Origin: a virus
Taxonomy: Duplodnaviria > Heunggongvirae > Uroviricota > Caudoviricetes
DNA: 64,000 nucleotides
Direction: 5' to 3' (one strand)
IMG/VR virus record: IMGVR_UViG_3300032304_001269
Span: 10,067-74,066 of that record
Under the pieces are notes generated by a model. That model searched no databases and was not told the DNA's origin. It saw nothing but the letters and a program-made list of their open reading frames with translations. Position 1 is the first letter of the stretch, and each line of letters starts with the position of its first letter. This document shows positions 19,753 through 30,816 of the stretch, in pieces. Made by a program: the position numbers and the translations under genes.

Positions 19753-20846
19753 GATTCTGGGAACTGTTATTAGAAGATGAGGCTCCTGCTCCTAAGAAAG
19801 TAGGGCGAGAGTTTAACCACCTAGAAGACAAGGTGTTTGTAGAAACTAATGGCGCACTTAAAGTTATACAAGCCTTAAAAGCTGTAGCCAAACCCGAAAC
19901 CAGCATTACAATCAAATGGGATGGCAATCCCACAGTGTATTGGGGACGTGACGATGACGGCACATTCCGGATGGTGGGTAAGAATAATTGGGGACGTGAA
20001 GAAGGCAAGAGTTCTAGTCCAGATGAATTGAAATCGTTTATCATGAGTCGTGGCAAAGGGGAAGACTGGCGTCCTAAATTTGCCAGCGATATGGCAGCAC
20101 TGTGGCCCGTGTTTGAAGCAGCCACTCCCAAAGACTTCCGTGGTTATGTTTATGGTGATATCTTATTCCATCCAGGCAAGCCCTACGAAGGCGCAGATGG
20201 TAAAATTAATTTTACTCCAAATCAAACCACTTACAGTGTGAGTGTAAAAAGTCCTTACTATCAGAAATTAATCAAGGCAGAGGTAGCAGTGGCCGCTCAT
20301 AAACAGTTCGAATATTTTGGTGATACCTCTGGCGAAGACTTTGCCAATCCAGAAAAGTTTTCAACAAATCCGAAACTAGCAGTATTTGGCTTGACCGCAG
20401 TTAGTTATAGACCAGCAGTTGGCGCAGACAATCTTGCCAAGATCGAAGCCTTGGCTAAGAATCAACAGGCAATCGATAATTTATTAGCACCGGTTAAGGG
20501 CATGAGCTACTTGCGCGATGAGATTTATAAATTTGTTAACGCTCAGTCAAAAGCCAAACAACTGGAAAACATTAACACTGATGCGTTTATGTCCTTTGTG
20601 GGCAAGACACCTGCAAAAGCATCTAAAATAAAAGCTCATAGTGATGCTCATCCAAACGTAATGGACACGGTGTTTGAGCTAGTTCGGGAGATTATGGCAG
20701 CTAAAGACGAAGTCATTCGTGAACTTGACGCAGCAGGCGGTGATATAGAGCAAAACACCAAAGGCAAACCTGGTGGAGAGGGCTATATCATAGGCGGCGA
20801 CAAATATGTGCCACGTGATCGTTGGACTCCATTTAGAGCTGATTAA
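19749..20846 (+). CDS. hypothetical protein
   Basis: 365 aa, ATGA-coupled to the upstream gene. Confidence 0.45.
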   Translation: MRFWELLLEDEAPAPKKVGREFNHLEDKVFVETNGALKVIQALKAVAKPETSITIKWDGNPTVYWGRDDDGTFRMVGKNNWGREEGKSSSPDELKSFIMSRGKGEDWRPKFASDMAALWPVFEAATPKDFRGYVYGDILFHPGKPYEGADGKINFTPNQTTYSVSVKSPYYQKLIKAEVAVAAHKQFEYFGDTSGEDFANPEKFSTNPKLAVFGLTAVSYRPAVGADNLAKIEALAKNQQAIDNLLAPVKGMSYLRDEIYKFVNAQSKAKQLENINTDAFMSFVGKTPAKASKIKAHSDAHPNVMDTVFELVREIMAAKDEVIRELDAAGGDIEQNTKGKPGGEGYIIGGDKYVPRDRWTPFRAD

Positions 20847-20958
20847 CAGTTCAAAAACCCTGATTTTTCCAATCCAATATAAATACTTGCATAGGGATCA
20901 GGGTGATTCCTAATATTGCCGGCCTCTGAGCGAGGTCATTGATCAAGGAGAATTTATC

Positions 20959-21393
20959 ATGGCAGACTTAACATCGGTAGCACAAGCGTATGACAATGCT
21001 GGTGCAGAAATCACAGCAGCTCGCGTAGGTGCAAACGCATTCAAATTTGTTGATCCAGCATCACAGTTCAGCACACGCAGAATCCGTTTCGTTAGTATCG
21101 TAGTTGGTTCATTAACATCAGGCGATCTTACAACTAACAAAGCAAACACAAACAGCAACTTATCTAGAGCAGTTCGTTGTGCTGGTAACTACGGTGAAAT
21201 TTATGTAATCGGTACACCTTCAGCAACTGGGTTGATCGTTGGTTACGCAGACGACACACTCAATGACGGTTCAGCAGCAAGCCCATCACTAAGTGATGCA
21301 TCTTATGCTAAACTAGAAGCTGAAGTAGTTGCAGCAATTGGTGGTACATGCACAGTTACAACAGTTGTTCCAACTGGTGTTACATTCGCTTAA
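20959..21393 (+). CDS. putative abundant virion structural protein (Ala/Gly/Thr-rich)
   Basis: Codon choice is biased (gca/ggt/aca). GGAGAA RBS upstream. A strong terminator follows immediately and an inverted repeat lies upstream. Confidence 0.4.
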   Translation: MADLTSVAQAYDNAGAEITAARVGANAFKFVDPASQFSTRRIRFVSIVVGSLTSGDLTTNKANTNSNLSRAVRCAGNYGEIYVIGTPSATGLIVGYADDTLNDGSAASPSLSDASYAKLEAEVVAAIGGTCTVTTVVPTGVTFA

Positions 21394-21430
21394 TTTAAAT
21401 TAAGTTTATTCTCAGGGATGGGAAGCATTA

Positions 21431-21452
21431 AAGCGCCGCAAGGCGCTTTTTT
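21431..21452 (+). terminator. rho-independent terminator
   Basis: AGCGCC-GCAA-GGCGCT followed by TTTTTT. Confidence 0.65.
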
Positions 21453-21489
21453 GTTGGCTACATAATCAATGCTTAAATAATAGCATATT

Positions 21490-21882
21490 ATGCCAAGATA
21501 TCAAATCATCACCTTAGTCGACATCACCAGAACTAATCCTTCAAGATCCGAAACTGATCATGTCAAGCTGTCACAGCAGGCTAATTTTAATTCGCTGATA
21601 CAGGCTATTGGCATGCGATCAAATGTCACGTGGGATCGTGATCCTGTAGCAGAAATCAGTAGGGTTCCCAACCAGGATTTCAAGGCCACACACTGGCACT
21701 GGGAATTTTTTGTAGAGCGAGAACAGGTGTTTCTCAAAGACAATGATCCAGTGGGATTACTAAAAACTGATCTCGACGGTGTGCCGATCGTAGCAGGGCT
21801 AGGTGATTCTGTGGAACTAACCCCTGCTTGTTTTTTCTCACAGGGCGACAGGATCAATACTTGGATACGTGAAATCAGCTAA
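21490..21882 (+). CDS. hypothetical protein
   Basis: 130 aa. Confidence 0.4.
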   Translation: MPRYQIITLVDITRTNPSRSETDHVKLSQQANFNSLIQAIGMRSNVTWDRDPVAEISRVPNQDFKATHWHWEFFVEREQVFLKDNDPVGLLKTDLDGVPIVAGLGDSVELTPACFFSQGDRINTWIREIS

Positions 21883-21921
21883 CCGAGATAAATAATTCAC
21901 AAAGGCATTTTACACTAGGCG

Positions 21922-22296
21922 TTGATTTTTAGGCACATACCCGCAAGGGACTTGACTTATATACCAAGGAGATGGGTAATGCCTACTGTTGCAGAGCGTG
22001 TGAGTGTTGTTGAAGTAAAGATCACTAATCTAGATGAAAAAATTGACGACATTAAGACCAATGTCAGCAGCCTCGGAGAAGGCATAAATCATAGACTTGA
22101 CACTATGTACGATGCTTCTTGTACGCAGCATGCTGAGTTGGCTAAATCAATAAAAACCACCCATCAAGAATTAGATTATAAAATCACTGAACTTCAGCAG
22201 TTCAAACAGAAATGGATGTACATGATGCTAGGTGGTATCGCAGTTTTAAGTTTTGTTTCTGGACATTTTGACACGATTATGAAAATATTCCATTGA
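21922..22296 (+). CDS. hypothetical coiled-coil protein with C-terminal TM helix
   Basis: 124 aa. C-terminal MLGGIAVLSFVSG is a TM segment. Confidence 0.4.
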   Translation: MIFRHIPARDLTYIPRRWVMPTVAERVSVVEVKITNLDEKIDDIKTNVSSLGEGINHRLDTMYDASCTQHAELAKSIKTTHQELDYKITELQQFKQKWMYMMLGGIAVLSFVSGHFDTIMKIFH

Positions 22297-22313
22297 AATA
22301 TGCGCAGTTAAAT

Positions 22314-22335
22314 AAGGACCATAGGTCCTTTTTTT
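22314..22335 (+). terminator. rho-independent terminator
   Basis: AGGACC-ATA-GGTCCT followed by TTTTTT. Confidence 0.55.
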
Positions 22336-22758
22336 ATGACTAATTTATCTCGAAAATTCGAACAGATCGTCAATCGCACATTGACCAGCGTCATACTGCC
22401 TGTGAAAACTGCCGAGGGTATATTGGTAGGTGATGTGTTGATAACCAGTCAGGGTTCAGCAAAAAACATTGTGAAATCTGGAGAGATCAAATATAAAGAA
22501 ATCTATCTAAATTCTGTGGCTATCAAAATAGCAGAACTGTTGGTAGGTAAAAATCACAGCCAGCGAGCGGATACACTGTATAGATTGGATCAGGAATACG
22601 GCAAATGGCTCAACGAAAGTCAACTGCTGCGATCTCAATATGAAAAAGCCACAGCTAACGCACAGCATGATCGAGCAGATGTGCTGTGGGCAAAGTATCA
22701 ACAGAGCAGAGATCGCACGGTATCAGCTAAATCTCAGCTGGATACTTTGGCGCACTAA
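22336..22758 (+). CDS. hypothetical protein
   Basis: 140 aa. Confidence 0.4.
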   Translation: MTNLSRKFEQIVNRTLTSVILPVKTAEGILVGDVLITSQGSAKNIVKSGEIKYKEIYLNSVAIKIAELLVGKNHSQRADTLYRLDQEYGKWLNESQLLRSQYEKATANAQHDRADVLWAKYQQSRDRTVSAKSQLDTLAH

Positions 22759-22792
22759 GTAATAAATATAGTATCTATTTGGATCATACAAT

Positions 22793-24937
22793 ATGAAAAC
22801 CACCGACCTTTTTAAATCTAATCGATCAGCTAAAAGACTAAACGAATCTTTGGAAAAAACTTTTGGCACCAAGATTAATTTTGAAGATTTTGACACACCC
22901 AAGCTAGAAGACGCTAGAAACAAACTACGCACACAAATTCACGATGCACGTAGCCAGAGCGGATTCAATGAAACTATCGAAAACGAAACTCTAACCAAAG
23001 CTCAATGGATGCACGATGCTATTGTTGCAGAACTAATGGATCGTGAAGAATACATTGTTGATACTACAATGCAAGAAGGCACAGATATTGACAAACAAGA
23101 ATTAATGGATATCCTTAAACGATTCGACGAAAACATGAATGAAATCGGCGGATATGGTGATCCAGACTTTGACAAAATCTTTACTGCTTTGAGCCAAGGT
23201 GATGTTGAATCAGCTGTGGAAGAAGTGTATGCAAATTATAGTGATCAAGACGGTGGCGAGCTTCGTAATATGGACGACTATATAGAAGATCTCGAATACG
23301 AATTCAAAGACCTAGTAGGCGAATCAGATGACGAAGGTGGCGAAACTGATGACGGATATGCACTGGCTTCAGCAGGCTTTGGTAGTGATGAAGATTACGA
23401 AAGTGTTAACAACGAAGGCGGTCGAGAAATGACCGGAACAGCACGAGACCGATTCATATCAACAATGACACCACGCATGGATAACGATGCCTTGATGCAG
23501 AAAGTTGCCAAGGTAGTAAACAGTCCAGAATTCACTGAAGATACAATATTAAAAATAGTAGATGCAGGCAATACAGTGACGCATCCTGTTGCTCGTTATA
23601 TTCAAAAGGAATTTGAAGAATTGCAATATGATCTGGGCACAGAATATGAAGATTATCCAGAGAGAGTGGCTGAAAAATTACTATCAATGTTGATAGATAG
23701 AACAAAGCAAGGTGTGTCGGAAGTCAGCCTAGGCGACTATAGTAAAAAAGCCGCAATGAGCCGGGCCATGGCTCAGACAGATCGATTCTTCGACCGTGAC
23801 GATCCTGAGGCAGTTGCGGCAGCTGATAAGACTATTGCAAATAGAGAACGGGGCATGGCACGTGCCGATGCTAGACGGAAGCCTTACACACCACCACCTG
23901 TGGACCAAGAAAAACAACGCCAAGACCTAGCAGACAAATACCCCAACATTGATGAACTGGTGCGCAAAGCAGAACTGCGCCGTGATCCCGACTACGAAAT
24001 GGCAGACGGGCAGGCCTACTATGATGGGCGTGATGCTGAACAGAACTATCAGAAACTCAAGCAGATACAAAGAATGATACGCAGTACACAAGAGATGAAC
24101 ACCAACGAAGCGTATATTAACAATGCCAAAGATGCTGTTAATATTCTAGCGGATATCAGAGCACAATCTAAACTAGCTTCACGAGGTGAAGCGGACCCAG
24201 TTCGCCCTAATCAACTAGTGAACGATCTTTATGACGTCATGCAATGGATTGAGGCCAACATGGAAGGATCAATCGAAACTGAATCAGCTCCTCCAGGAGC
24301 CAAGTCTGAACGTATGGTTAAACATATCAAGAAAGGATATGCAGATGATGGTAAACTGACTAAGAAAGAAAAAGGCATTGCTTATGCTACAGCATGGAAG
24401 CAACATAACAAAGAAAAGAATGAAAGTACCGATACAACAGGAGAAGATATGAGAAGATTACAAGAAGGTGAGATCCAACAAGCAAGTGCGATCGTCACAG
24501 CAAAGACCATGGTTGACAGAGTGGGCCGTTGGATCGAAGAACTCAGCGGCATGGAAAATGACACATTATTACAACTAGGTGACAGTATCCGTGACGAAAT
24601 GGGTCAGGAACAAAGCAAGGCATTTATCCAAGCAGTGGCACCTGCAATTCAACAGGCTCTAGAAACACTTAAAGGCACACGTGATACATTGTCTACCGGT
24701 GTACGCAGTTTGGCCAGTGGTGAACAGCCCGCAGATATGTTAGGTGCTGAGCCCACAGACATGGGCGGTGATGAAATGGCTGCAGAACCAGATGCTATGA
24801 ACATGGGTGCAGAGATGGGCGGCGAAGATGAATTTGCTGCTGCTGAACCCGCAGCAGGCGGAATAGGCGATGCAGGCCGTGAACAACGTGAAAGCATTAG
24901 CCGCAGCAACAGTCTACTGAAAGTGTTGGCAGGCTGA
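22793..24937 (+). CDS. large acidic hypothetical protein (possible internal virion or scaffold-like protein)
   Basis: 714 aa, with long Asp/Glu-rich tracts and coiled-coil segments. Confidence 0.5.
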   Translation: MKTTDLFKSNRSAKRLNESLEKTFGTKINFEDFDTPKLEDARNKLRTQIHDARSQSGFNETIENETLTKAQWMHDAIVAELMDREEYIVDTTMQEGTDIDKQELMDILKRFDENMNEIGGYGDPDFDKIFTALSQGDVESAVEEVYANYSDQDGGELRNMDDYIEDLEYEFKDLVGESDDEGGETDDGYALASAGFGSDEDYESVNNEGGREMTGTARDRFISTMTPRMDNDALMQKVAKVVNSPEFTEDTILKIVDAGNTVTHPVARYIQKEFEELQYDLGTEYEDYPERVAEKLLSMLIDRTKQGVSEVSLGDYSKKAAMSRAMAQTDRFFDRDDPEAVAAADKTIANRERGMARADARRKPYTPPPVDQEKQRQDLADKYPNIDELVRKAELRRDPDYEMADGQAYYDGRDAEQNYQKLKQIQRMIRSTQEMNTNEAYINNAKDAVNILADIRAQSKLASRGEADPVRPNQLVNDLYDVMQWIEANMEGSIETESAPPGAKSERMVKHIKKGYADDGKLTKKEKGIAYATAWKQHNKEKNESTDTTGEDMRRLQEGEIQQASAIVTAKTMVDRVGRWIEELSGMENDTLLQLGDSIRDEMGQEQSKAFIQAVAPAIQQALETLKGTRDTLSTGVRSLASGEQPADMLGAEPTDMGGDEMAAEPDAMNMGAEMGGEDEFAAAEPAAGGIGDAGREQRESISRSNSLLKVLAG

Positions 24938-25305
24938 TGCGACTTCAAGACCTTAGAGAACACGACCAGCAGCTGGATGAAATCCTGCCAGCTATAGGGG
25001 CAGCTGTTGGTGGAGCTGTCCGAGGTGCCGGTGCACTTGCCAAAGGTGTTGGCAGTGCAGTATCTAAGGGAGTGAGCACTTTAGGACAAGGTGCAAAGGC
25101 CGTGGGCAACTTGGCATCACAAGGAGCCAAGACTGTGGGGCAAGCAGCACAGGCCAGTGGGTTGGCAGGCGGCGGAATGGATCCAGCTCAAGCAGCGGCA
25201 GCTGCCAAAGAACGACAGGATCAAAAAAAGCAGGTTCAAGATACAATTAAACAAAAGCAACAAGAACTTGCAGACTTACAAAAACAACTGGCGCAACTAG
25301 GATGA
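24937..25305 (+). CDS. Gly/Ala-rich hypothetical protein
   Basis: 122 aa, with repeated GAxAKGVG units. Confidence 0.4.
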   Translation: MRLQDLREHDQQLDEILPAIGAAVGGAVRGAGALAKGVGSAVSKGVSTLGQGAKAVGNLASQGAKTVGQAAQASGLAGGGMDPAQAAAAAKERQDQKKQVQDTIKQKQQELADLQKQLAQLG

Positions 25306-25670
25306 GATTTTTTGAATTTGCAGACACTGATATGGGACTAGACAAGTTCGTGATTATTCTCAAGAACTTCATAGGCAGAGCTGCGTCTAAAAATCAACCA
25401 TCTAAACTAAATTGGCGCACACTGCAAAAAATCGCCGACGACAGTGGATTTGAAATGGCTGCTGATTATGAAACCTTCAAATCAATCTATGACTCTAGTC
25501 CTATCATACAGAATCTCGTTAAAGATTTCAATGCTGACGGCATAACACTAAATGTACCAGGCACAGACAAAGATACTCAAACTCCTGTGAAGCAGGGCCA
25601 AACCAGCCAAGACGCAGTAGACAAAGCAGCAGCATCAGCTGCTCCTCAACAATTAGCAGCTCAGGCTTGA
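25302..25670 (+). CDS. hypothetical protein
   Basis: 122 aa. Confidence 0.4.
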   Translation: MRFFEFADTDMGLDKFVIILKNFIGRAASKNQPSKLNWRTLQKIADDSGFEMAADYETFKSIYDSSPIIQNLVKDFNADGITLNVPGTDKDTQTPVKQGQTSQDAVDKAAASAAPQQLAAQA

Positions 25671-25702
25671 CAAACTGATATCATTCCTGTAATATATACA
25701 GA

Positions 25703-26404
25703 ATGACTACAACTTTTACTCCTCCGCCGTTTATTGAGCGTGTTCAATATAAAAACTGTCAACAGATCAACGATCCGGTGACTCGTAAGCGTGTGTACCT
25801 AACTCCAGACGGAGAAAGTCTTCCTAGTGTGACCACAATACTTGGTGCCACCAAAGACATGACACATCTCAATGAATGGCGAGATAGGATTGGACATGCC
25901 AAGGCACAGCAGATTACCACGGAAGCTGCTGGAGTAGGCACAGCCATGCACGGCAATCTTGAAAGATTTATAGCAGGCATCCAGCGCCAGCCCGGAAACA
26001 ATCCTGTACACATACAGGCCAACAAGATGGCTGATGTGATCATTGAAAAAGGTCTCAGCAAAGTCAACGAAGTTTGGGCTATGGAACAGAGCCTGTATTT
26101 TCCGGGACTGTATTCGGGTACCACTGACCTAGTAGGAGTCTACGAAGGCGAGCCTGTGGTCATGGACTATAAACAGACCAACAAACCTAAAAAAGCAGAG
26201 TGGGTTGAGGATTACTACATACAGCTAGTGGCCTATATATTAGCACATAATGAAGTGTACGGCACAGACATACGCAGAGGCATAGTATTCATGTGCAGTC
26301 GTGCATTTGAATATCAACAGTTTGAAGTCAAAGCCGACGATTTTAACAAGTATCAGGATATGTGGTTGGACAAGGTAGAGGAATACTATAGCCTAGGCAG
26401 ATAA
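25703..26404 (+). CDS. PD-(D/E)XK-family nuclease (phage exonuclease/Cas4-like fold)
   Basis: GTTDLVGVYEGEPVVMDYKQT fits the D...(D/E)xK core. Confidence 0.55.
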   Translation: MTTTFTPPPFIERVQYKNCQQINDPVTRKRVYLTPDGESLPSVTTILGATKDMTHLNEWRDRIGHAKAQQITTEAAGVGTAMHGNLERFIAGIQRQPGNNPVHIQANKMADVIIEKGLSKVNEVWAMEQSLYFPGLYSGTTDLVGVYEGEPVVMDYKQTNKPKKAEWVEDYYIQLVAYILAHNEVYGTDIRRGIVFMCSRAFEYQQFEVKADDFNKYQDMWLDKVEEYYSLGR

Positions 26405-26433
26405 ATACTCTATAACGCATAGAGGATACTAAA

Positions 26434-28032
26434 GTGGCCGTTGTTCAAATCTCGAAAATACAGGTCCGCAGAGGACAAAAGAATTCAAATAGTGGCGTTC
26501 CACAGTTAAGTTCAGCTGAATTTGCGTGGGCTGTTGATTCACAAGAACTATTCATCGGCAACGGCAGTGTATTAGAAGGTGCTCCCTATGTGGGCAACAC
26601 CAAGATCCTTACTGAACATGATAACATTCTAGATCTTGCTGGCAGCTATCAGTTTGCCAGCAATGACACAGCAATCAGCCTCAGTATTCCACGCAGCCTA
26701 CAGAGCAAAGCAGACGAAACAGTCAGTGTTGCAGATTTTGGTGCGGTAGGAGATGGCAGCACAGACTGTGTAGCTGCATTTGAAACTGCGTTTACTGAAC
26801 TATTCAGAAATGCCAACAACAATTATAAAAAGACATTATTGATACCCAATGGCGAATACTTGTTTACCAGTGATTTAAAAATACCAAGTGGAGTGATTCT
26901 CAAAGGAGAAACACAGCTTGGTGTGGTATTGAACATAGGTGTTAATAATATGGTGTTTGTGACCAGTACTGGTCTGCAACTACTAGACTTTAACAGCACT
27001 AATCGTCCACGCAATGCAAATATATCTACATTGACTATATCAAGAACCACAGGGCAGTTTACCATCAGTGGACTTGCTGACAGCAAATTCCACGAGGTGA
27101 GATTCGTTGGGGAATATGCATTGGGAGACACGGTAACATTGTCTGCTGCACCTGCCGCGGTGTTTTGGAGCAATGATCTTATAGGTACTAGAGTAGATAA
27201 TATAGTCTTTGATGAATGTGTGTTTCAAGAAAATGCAGTGTCCGTGAAATGTTTACAAAGTGATAATTTCGATACAGTAGTAAAATTTCAAAACTGTGAA
27301 TTTTTTGTCAACGATACAGCAATTTTCATTGACGGTGTAAGCACACAAGGCAATCGGTGGCAGGTCAATGATTGTGTGTTCGAAGAAATAGCCAATCAAG
27401 CGTTCCGTTCTACACAAGGACGAGGTACATTAATACAACGGTCGAAGTTTAAGAATGTAGGCAACGGTACTAACAACAGTGCGAATCCTAATGATGTTAT
27501 GGTCTACTTCGGAGACAAGATAGGAAACGTTGTCGTGGCCTGTACCAGTGATAGACAACAAGATGCAGGCGTGACATCGTTGTCGGCCACAGCATCCTTC
27601 ACTGAAGTATACAACAGTGCTGGTGTGAGTTTCGTAGACAAAAATTATTCATTGATCTATCTATCAGACAGTTTTGCTCCGCTAGCAGCATTCTCTGCAC
27701 AGAATAAATTTACTGTTATAAACTACTGTCTTAAACTAGGAGAACACTCTAGATACGGTACTGTAACGATAGTGATCGGAGACGACCTCAGTCCTGAAAG
27801 TCACGGTAGTGATGTTTCTATCACAGACAATTTTACCTATTCACCAAATACTCTAACATCACCGGGAGCAAATACAATGGCTAATTTTGAATTTTCTGTT
27901 ACTAAGTCTAGTAACACAGTGCTTGATGACTCTACAGCATCAGTCGTAGATACCGTGATGTTGACTTATAAAAATCCTCTTGCCACTGGCACTATTGGTT
28001 CAATATCATTCGATGTTGCCTACGGTGTTTGA
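26434..28032 (+). CDS. pectate-lyase-superfamily (right-handed beta-helix) tailspike/depolymerase-like protein
   Basis: SVADFGAVGDGSTDCVAAFETAF is the N-terminal signature of Pectate_lyase_3 and GH28-type beta-helix proteins. Confidence 0.65.
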   Translation: MAVVQISKIQVRRGQKNSNSGVPQLSSAEFAWAVDSQELFIGNGSVLEGAPYVGNTKILTEHDNILDLAGSYQFASNDTAISLSIPRSLQSKADETVSVADFGAVGDGSTDCVAAFETAFTELFRNANNNYKKTLLIPNGEYLFTSDLKIPSGVILKGETQLGVVLNIGVNNMVFVTSTGLQLLDFNSTNRPRNANISTLTISRTTGQFTISGLADSKFHEVRFVGEYALGDTVTLSAAPAAVFWSNDLIGTRVDNIVFDECVFQENAVSVKCLQSDNFDTVVKFQNCEFFVNDTAIFIDGVSTQGNRWQVNDCVFEEIANQAFRSTQGRGTLIQRSKFKNVGNGTNNSANPNDVMVYFGDKIGNVVVACTSDRQQDAGVTSLSATASFTEVYNSAGVSFVDKNYSLIYLSDSFAPLAAFSAQNKFTVINYCLKLGEHSRYGTVTIVIGDDLSPESHGSDVSITDNFTYSPNTLTSPGANTMANFEFSVTKSSNTVLDDSTASVVDTVMLTYKNPLATGTIGSISFDVAYGV

Positions 28033-28447
28033 TGAGCACGGGACTCAGAGATTAGCAGCTTGGCGACAGTTTAGACAGAGTTTAGAAACCAGCGAAACTC
28101 CATTACAAGATGTAGCCAAATTATGGACACATGCTCCATTTGTCAACAGCTATCTTGATCCCCAACTCCCTACAGAATGGCCTGATCCTTGGCACTTAAT
28201 GCTGGATCTGCGGCTGGATGATCTTGCTCTTGTGTTGGGCATGCTGTATACTATCAAGTTAACACAGCGGTTTTCTCACACCGTTTGCGAGATACATATG
28301 TCTATGAGCCCAGAAAAAAATTCCACACAATATCTACTGCTAGTAGACAATGCTCATGTACTTAATCTAGATCACGGCACAGTAGTAGAAAAACAAAGAA
28401 TGGATTCATACAATACCAAGACAATTTATTCTGTGTCTACCCTGTAA
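27980..28447 (+). CDS. hypothetical protein
   Basis: 155 aa. Overlaps the upstream gene's end in another frame, so the start is uncertain. Confidence 0.35.
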   Translation: MPLALLVQYHSMLPTVFDEHGTQRLAAWRQFRQSLETSETPLQDVAKLWTHAPFVNSYLDPQLPTEWPDPWHLMLDLRLDDLALVLGMLYTIKLTQRFSHTVCEIHMSMSPEKNSTQYLLLVDNAHVLNLDHGTVVEKQRMDSYNTKTIYSVSTL

Positions 28448-28482
28448 TAAATACCCAACTAAAATAAAAAAGAGAAAAATAA

Positions 28483-30816
28483 ATGAGCATCACAGTAATT
28501 AAAAGAAACGGCAGCAGAGAATCTCTTGCTGTAGAAAAATGGCAGGCACAGGTGGCGAAAGTCTGCAAAGGCATAGCAGATGTTAGCCAAAGCATGATAG
28601 AAATCAAAGCACAACCACATTTCTATGATGGCATCACCACTGAAGAGATCGACGGTATCACTCTTAGAGCTATTGTTGATCTTATAGATGTAGAAAGCAA
28701 TCCAGATGTTGGCAACACCAATTATCAATATGTGGCAGGCAAACAGCGATTAAGTATGCTGCGTAAAGATGTATATGGCAGCTATGAACCACCGCATCTG
28801 TACGAGATTGTTAAAACCAATGTAGCAACTGGTTTATATACCAACGAATTGTTAGAATGGTACGGCGAAGATGATTGGAACCGTATGCATGAAATGCTGG
28901 ACCACGCTAAGGATGAAGAATATTCGTATGCAGCCATTGAGCAGTTGATTGAAAAATATCTTGTAAAGAATCGTGCAACCAAAGAAATCTACGAAACACC
29001 ACAGATTCGATACATGATAGCAGCCGCTACTGTGTTTCACAAAGAAGAACCTAATACAGCAAGAATGAAACTAATTAAGGAATATTACAATGCAGCTTCT
29101 GATGGTCTATTTACTCTCGCTACTCCTGTTCTTGCTGGGCTTGGCACTCCCACTAAGCAGTTCAGTAGTTGTGTGCTCATTCGCAGTGATGATGATCTTG
29201 ACTCCATTTTTGCTAGTGGCGAAATGATGGCCAAGTATGCCAGCAAACGTGCTGGCATTGGCTTAGAGGTAGGTCGTCTTCGCAGCCTCGGTAGTCCCAT
29301 CAGAGGTGGGGAGATCATGCACACTGGCATGATTCCATTCTTGAAGAAATGGTTTGGTGATTTGCGTAGCTGTAGTCAAGGTGGTATTCGCAATGCGTCA
29401 GCTACAGTGTTCTATCCTATATGGCATTTACAGTTTGATGATCTTATTGTTCTAAAGAACAATCAAGGCACAGAAGAAACACGAGTGCGCCACATGGACT
29501 ATGGAGTTATATTATCAGCTTTCTTCTGGAGACGTTTCAAGAACAAAGAAAACATAACATTCTTTGATCCTAATGAAGTTCCGGACTTATACGAATCATT
29601 TTATAAAAACACACAGAGATTTGAAGAATTATATGTAAAGTACGAAAAGCGCAAAGACTTGCGTAAGAAAACAATGAGTGCCGAAGAAGTATTCAGGTCA
29701 GGCATTCTCAAGGAGCGTACAGATACAGGTCGCATCTATTTGGTGTTTATTGACAATGTTATGGAGCAGGGTCCATTTGATCCAGAGTATCATACCATAT
29801 ATCAAAGTAACCTGTGCTGCGAGATCTTACTACCAACTCGTCCATTCAAAAGACTAGACGACGAGACAGGACGCATAGCGTTATGTACACTGGGGTCCAT
29901 CAACTGGGGTGCGTTCCGTAACCCAGAAGACATGCGTCGTGCATGTCGTATACTACAGCGTAGTTTGTGCAACATTTTGGATTATCAAGATTTCTTGAGT
30001 ATTCAAAGCAAGCTCAGCAACGATGAAATACAACCCTTAGGCATTGGAGTGACCAACCTTGCTTATTGGCATGCAAGAAGGGGAATAAAATATGGCGACA
30101 AGGATGCATTGGCAGAAGTTAAAACATGGATGGAGCATCAAGCCTTTTATCTTACAGAAGCCACAGTCGAGTTGTCGAAAGAAAGAGGACGCTGCAAAGA
30201 TTCCGATCACACCAGATACGGTAAAGGAGAATTCCCTTGGGAAAGAAGAGCCAGAGGAGTCAACGAACTCACTGACTTTGCCCCAGAACTTGACTGGGAA
30301 CCGCTCCGACAAGAAATGAAACTACACGGTGTGCGAAATGCCACACTAATGGCTATTGCACCTGTGGAGTCTAGTTCAGTGGTTATCAACTCTACGAACG
30401 GTATCGAAATGCCTATGAGTTTGATTTCTACTAAAGAATCCAAGGCAGGATCATTCACACAGGTAGTGCCGGAATACAATAGATTGAAACACAAGTACCA
30501 GTTGATGTGGGAACAGAAAGACTGTGACGGCTATATTAAAACAGCAGCGGTATTGGCAGCTTATGTTGATCAAAGTATCAGCACCAACACATTCTATAAT
30601 CCAGCACACTTCGCAGACCGAAAAGTGCCCACCACATTGATTGCCAAGAACTTGATGCAGGCACATGTATGGGGATTAAAAACATTCTACTACAGTTTGA
30701 TCAACAAGGCTGGCAGTAGGCAAGAACAGCGAACACCGGAAGTTCACTACAACGGATTCCACAACGAACGTGAAGTGATAGAAGAGGAAGAAGATTGCGA
30801 GGCATGTAAACTATGA
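28483..30816 (+). CDS. nrdA: ribonucleoside-diphosphate reductase alpha subunit (class Ia)
   Basis: 777 aa. N-terminal ATP-cone VIKRNGSRE; catalytic core including NLCCEI; C-terminal Cys pair. Confidence 0.9.
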   Translation: MSITVIKRNGSRESLAVEKWQAQVAKVCKGIADVSQSMIEIKAQPHFYDGITTEEIDGITLRAIVDLIDVESNPDVGNTNYQYVAGKQRLSMLRKDVYGSYEPPHLYEIVKTNVATGLYTNELLEWYGEDDWNRMHEMLDHAKDEEYSYAAIEQLIEKYLVKNRATKEIYETPQIRYMIAAATVFHKEEPNTARMKLIKEYYNAASDGLFTLATPVLAGLGTPTKQFSSCVLIRSDDDLDSIFASGEMMAKYASKRAGIGLEVGRLRSLGSPIRGGEIMHTGMIPFLKKWFGDLRSCSQGGIRNASATVFYPIWHLQFDDLIVLKNNQGTEETRVRHMDYGVILSAFFWRRFKNKENITFFDPNEVPDLYESFYKNTQRFEELYVKYEKRKDLRKKTMSAEEVFRSGILKERTDTGRIYLVFIDNVMEQGPFDPEYHTIYQSNLCCEILLPTRPFKRLDDETGRIALCTLGSINWGAFRNPEDMRRACRILQRSLCNILDYQDFLSIQSKLSNDEIQPLGIGVTNLAYWHARRGIKYGDKDALAEVKTWMEHQAFYLTEATVELSKERGRCKDSDHTRYGKGEFPWERRARGVNELTDFAPELDWEPLRQEMKLHGVRNATLMAIAPVESSSVVINSTNGIEMPMSLISTKESKAGSFTQVVPEYNRLKHKYQLMWEQKDCDGYIKTAAVLAAYVDQSISTNTFYNPAHFADRKVPTTLIAKNLMQAHVWGLKTFYYSLINKAGSRQEQRTPEVHYNGFHNEREVIEEEEDCEACKL

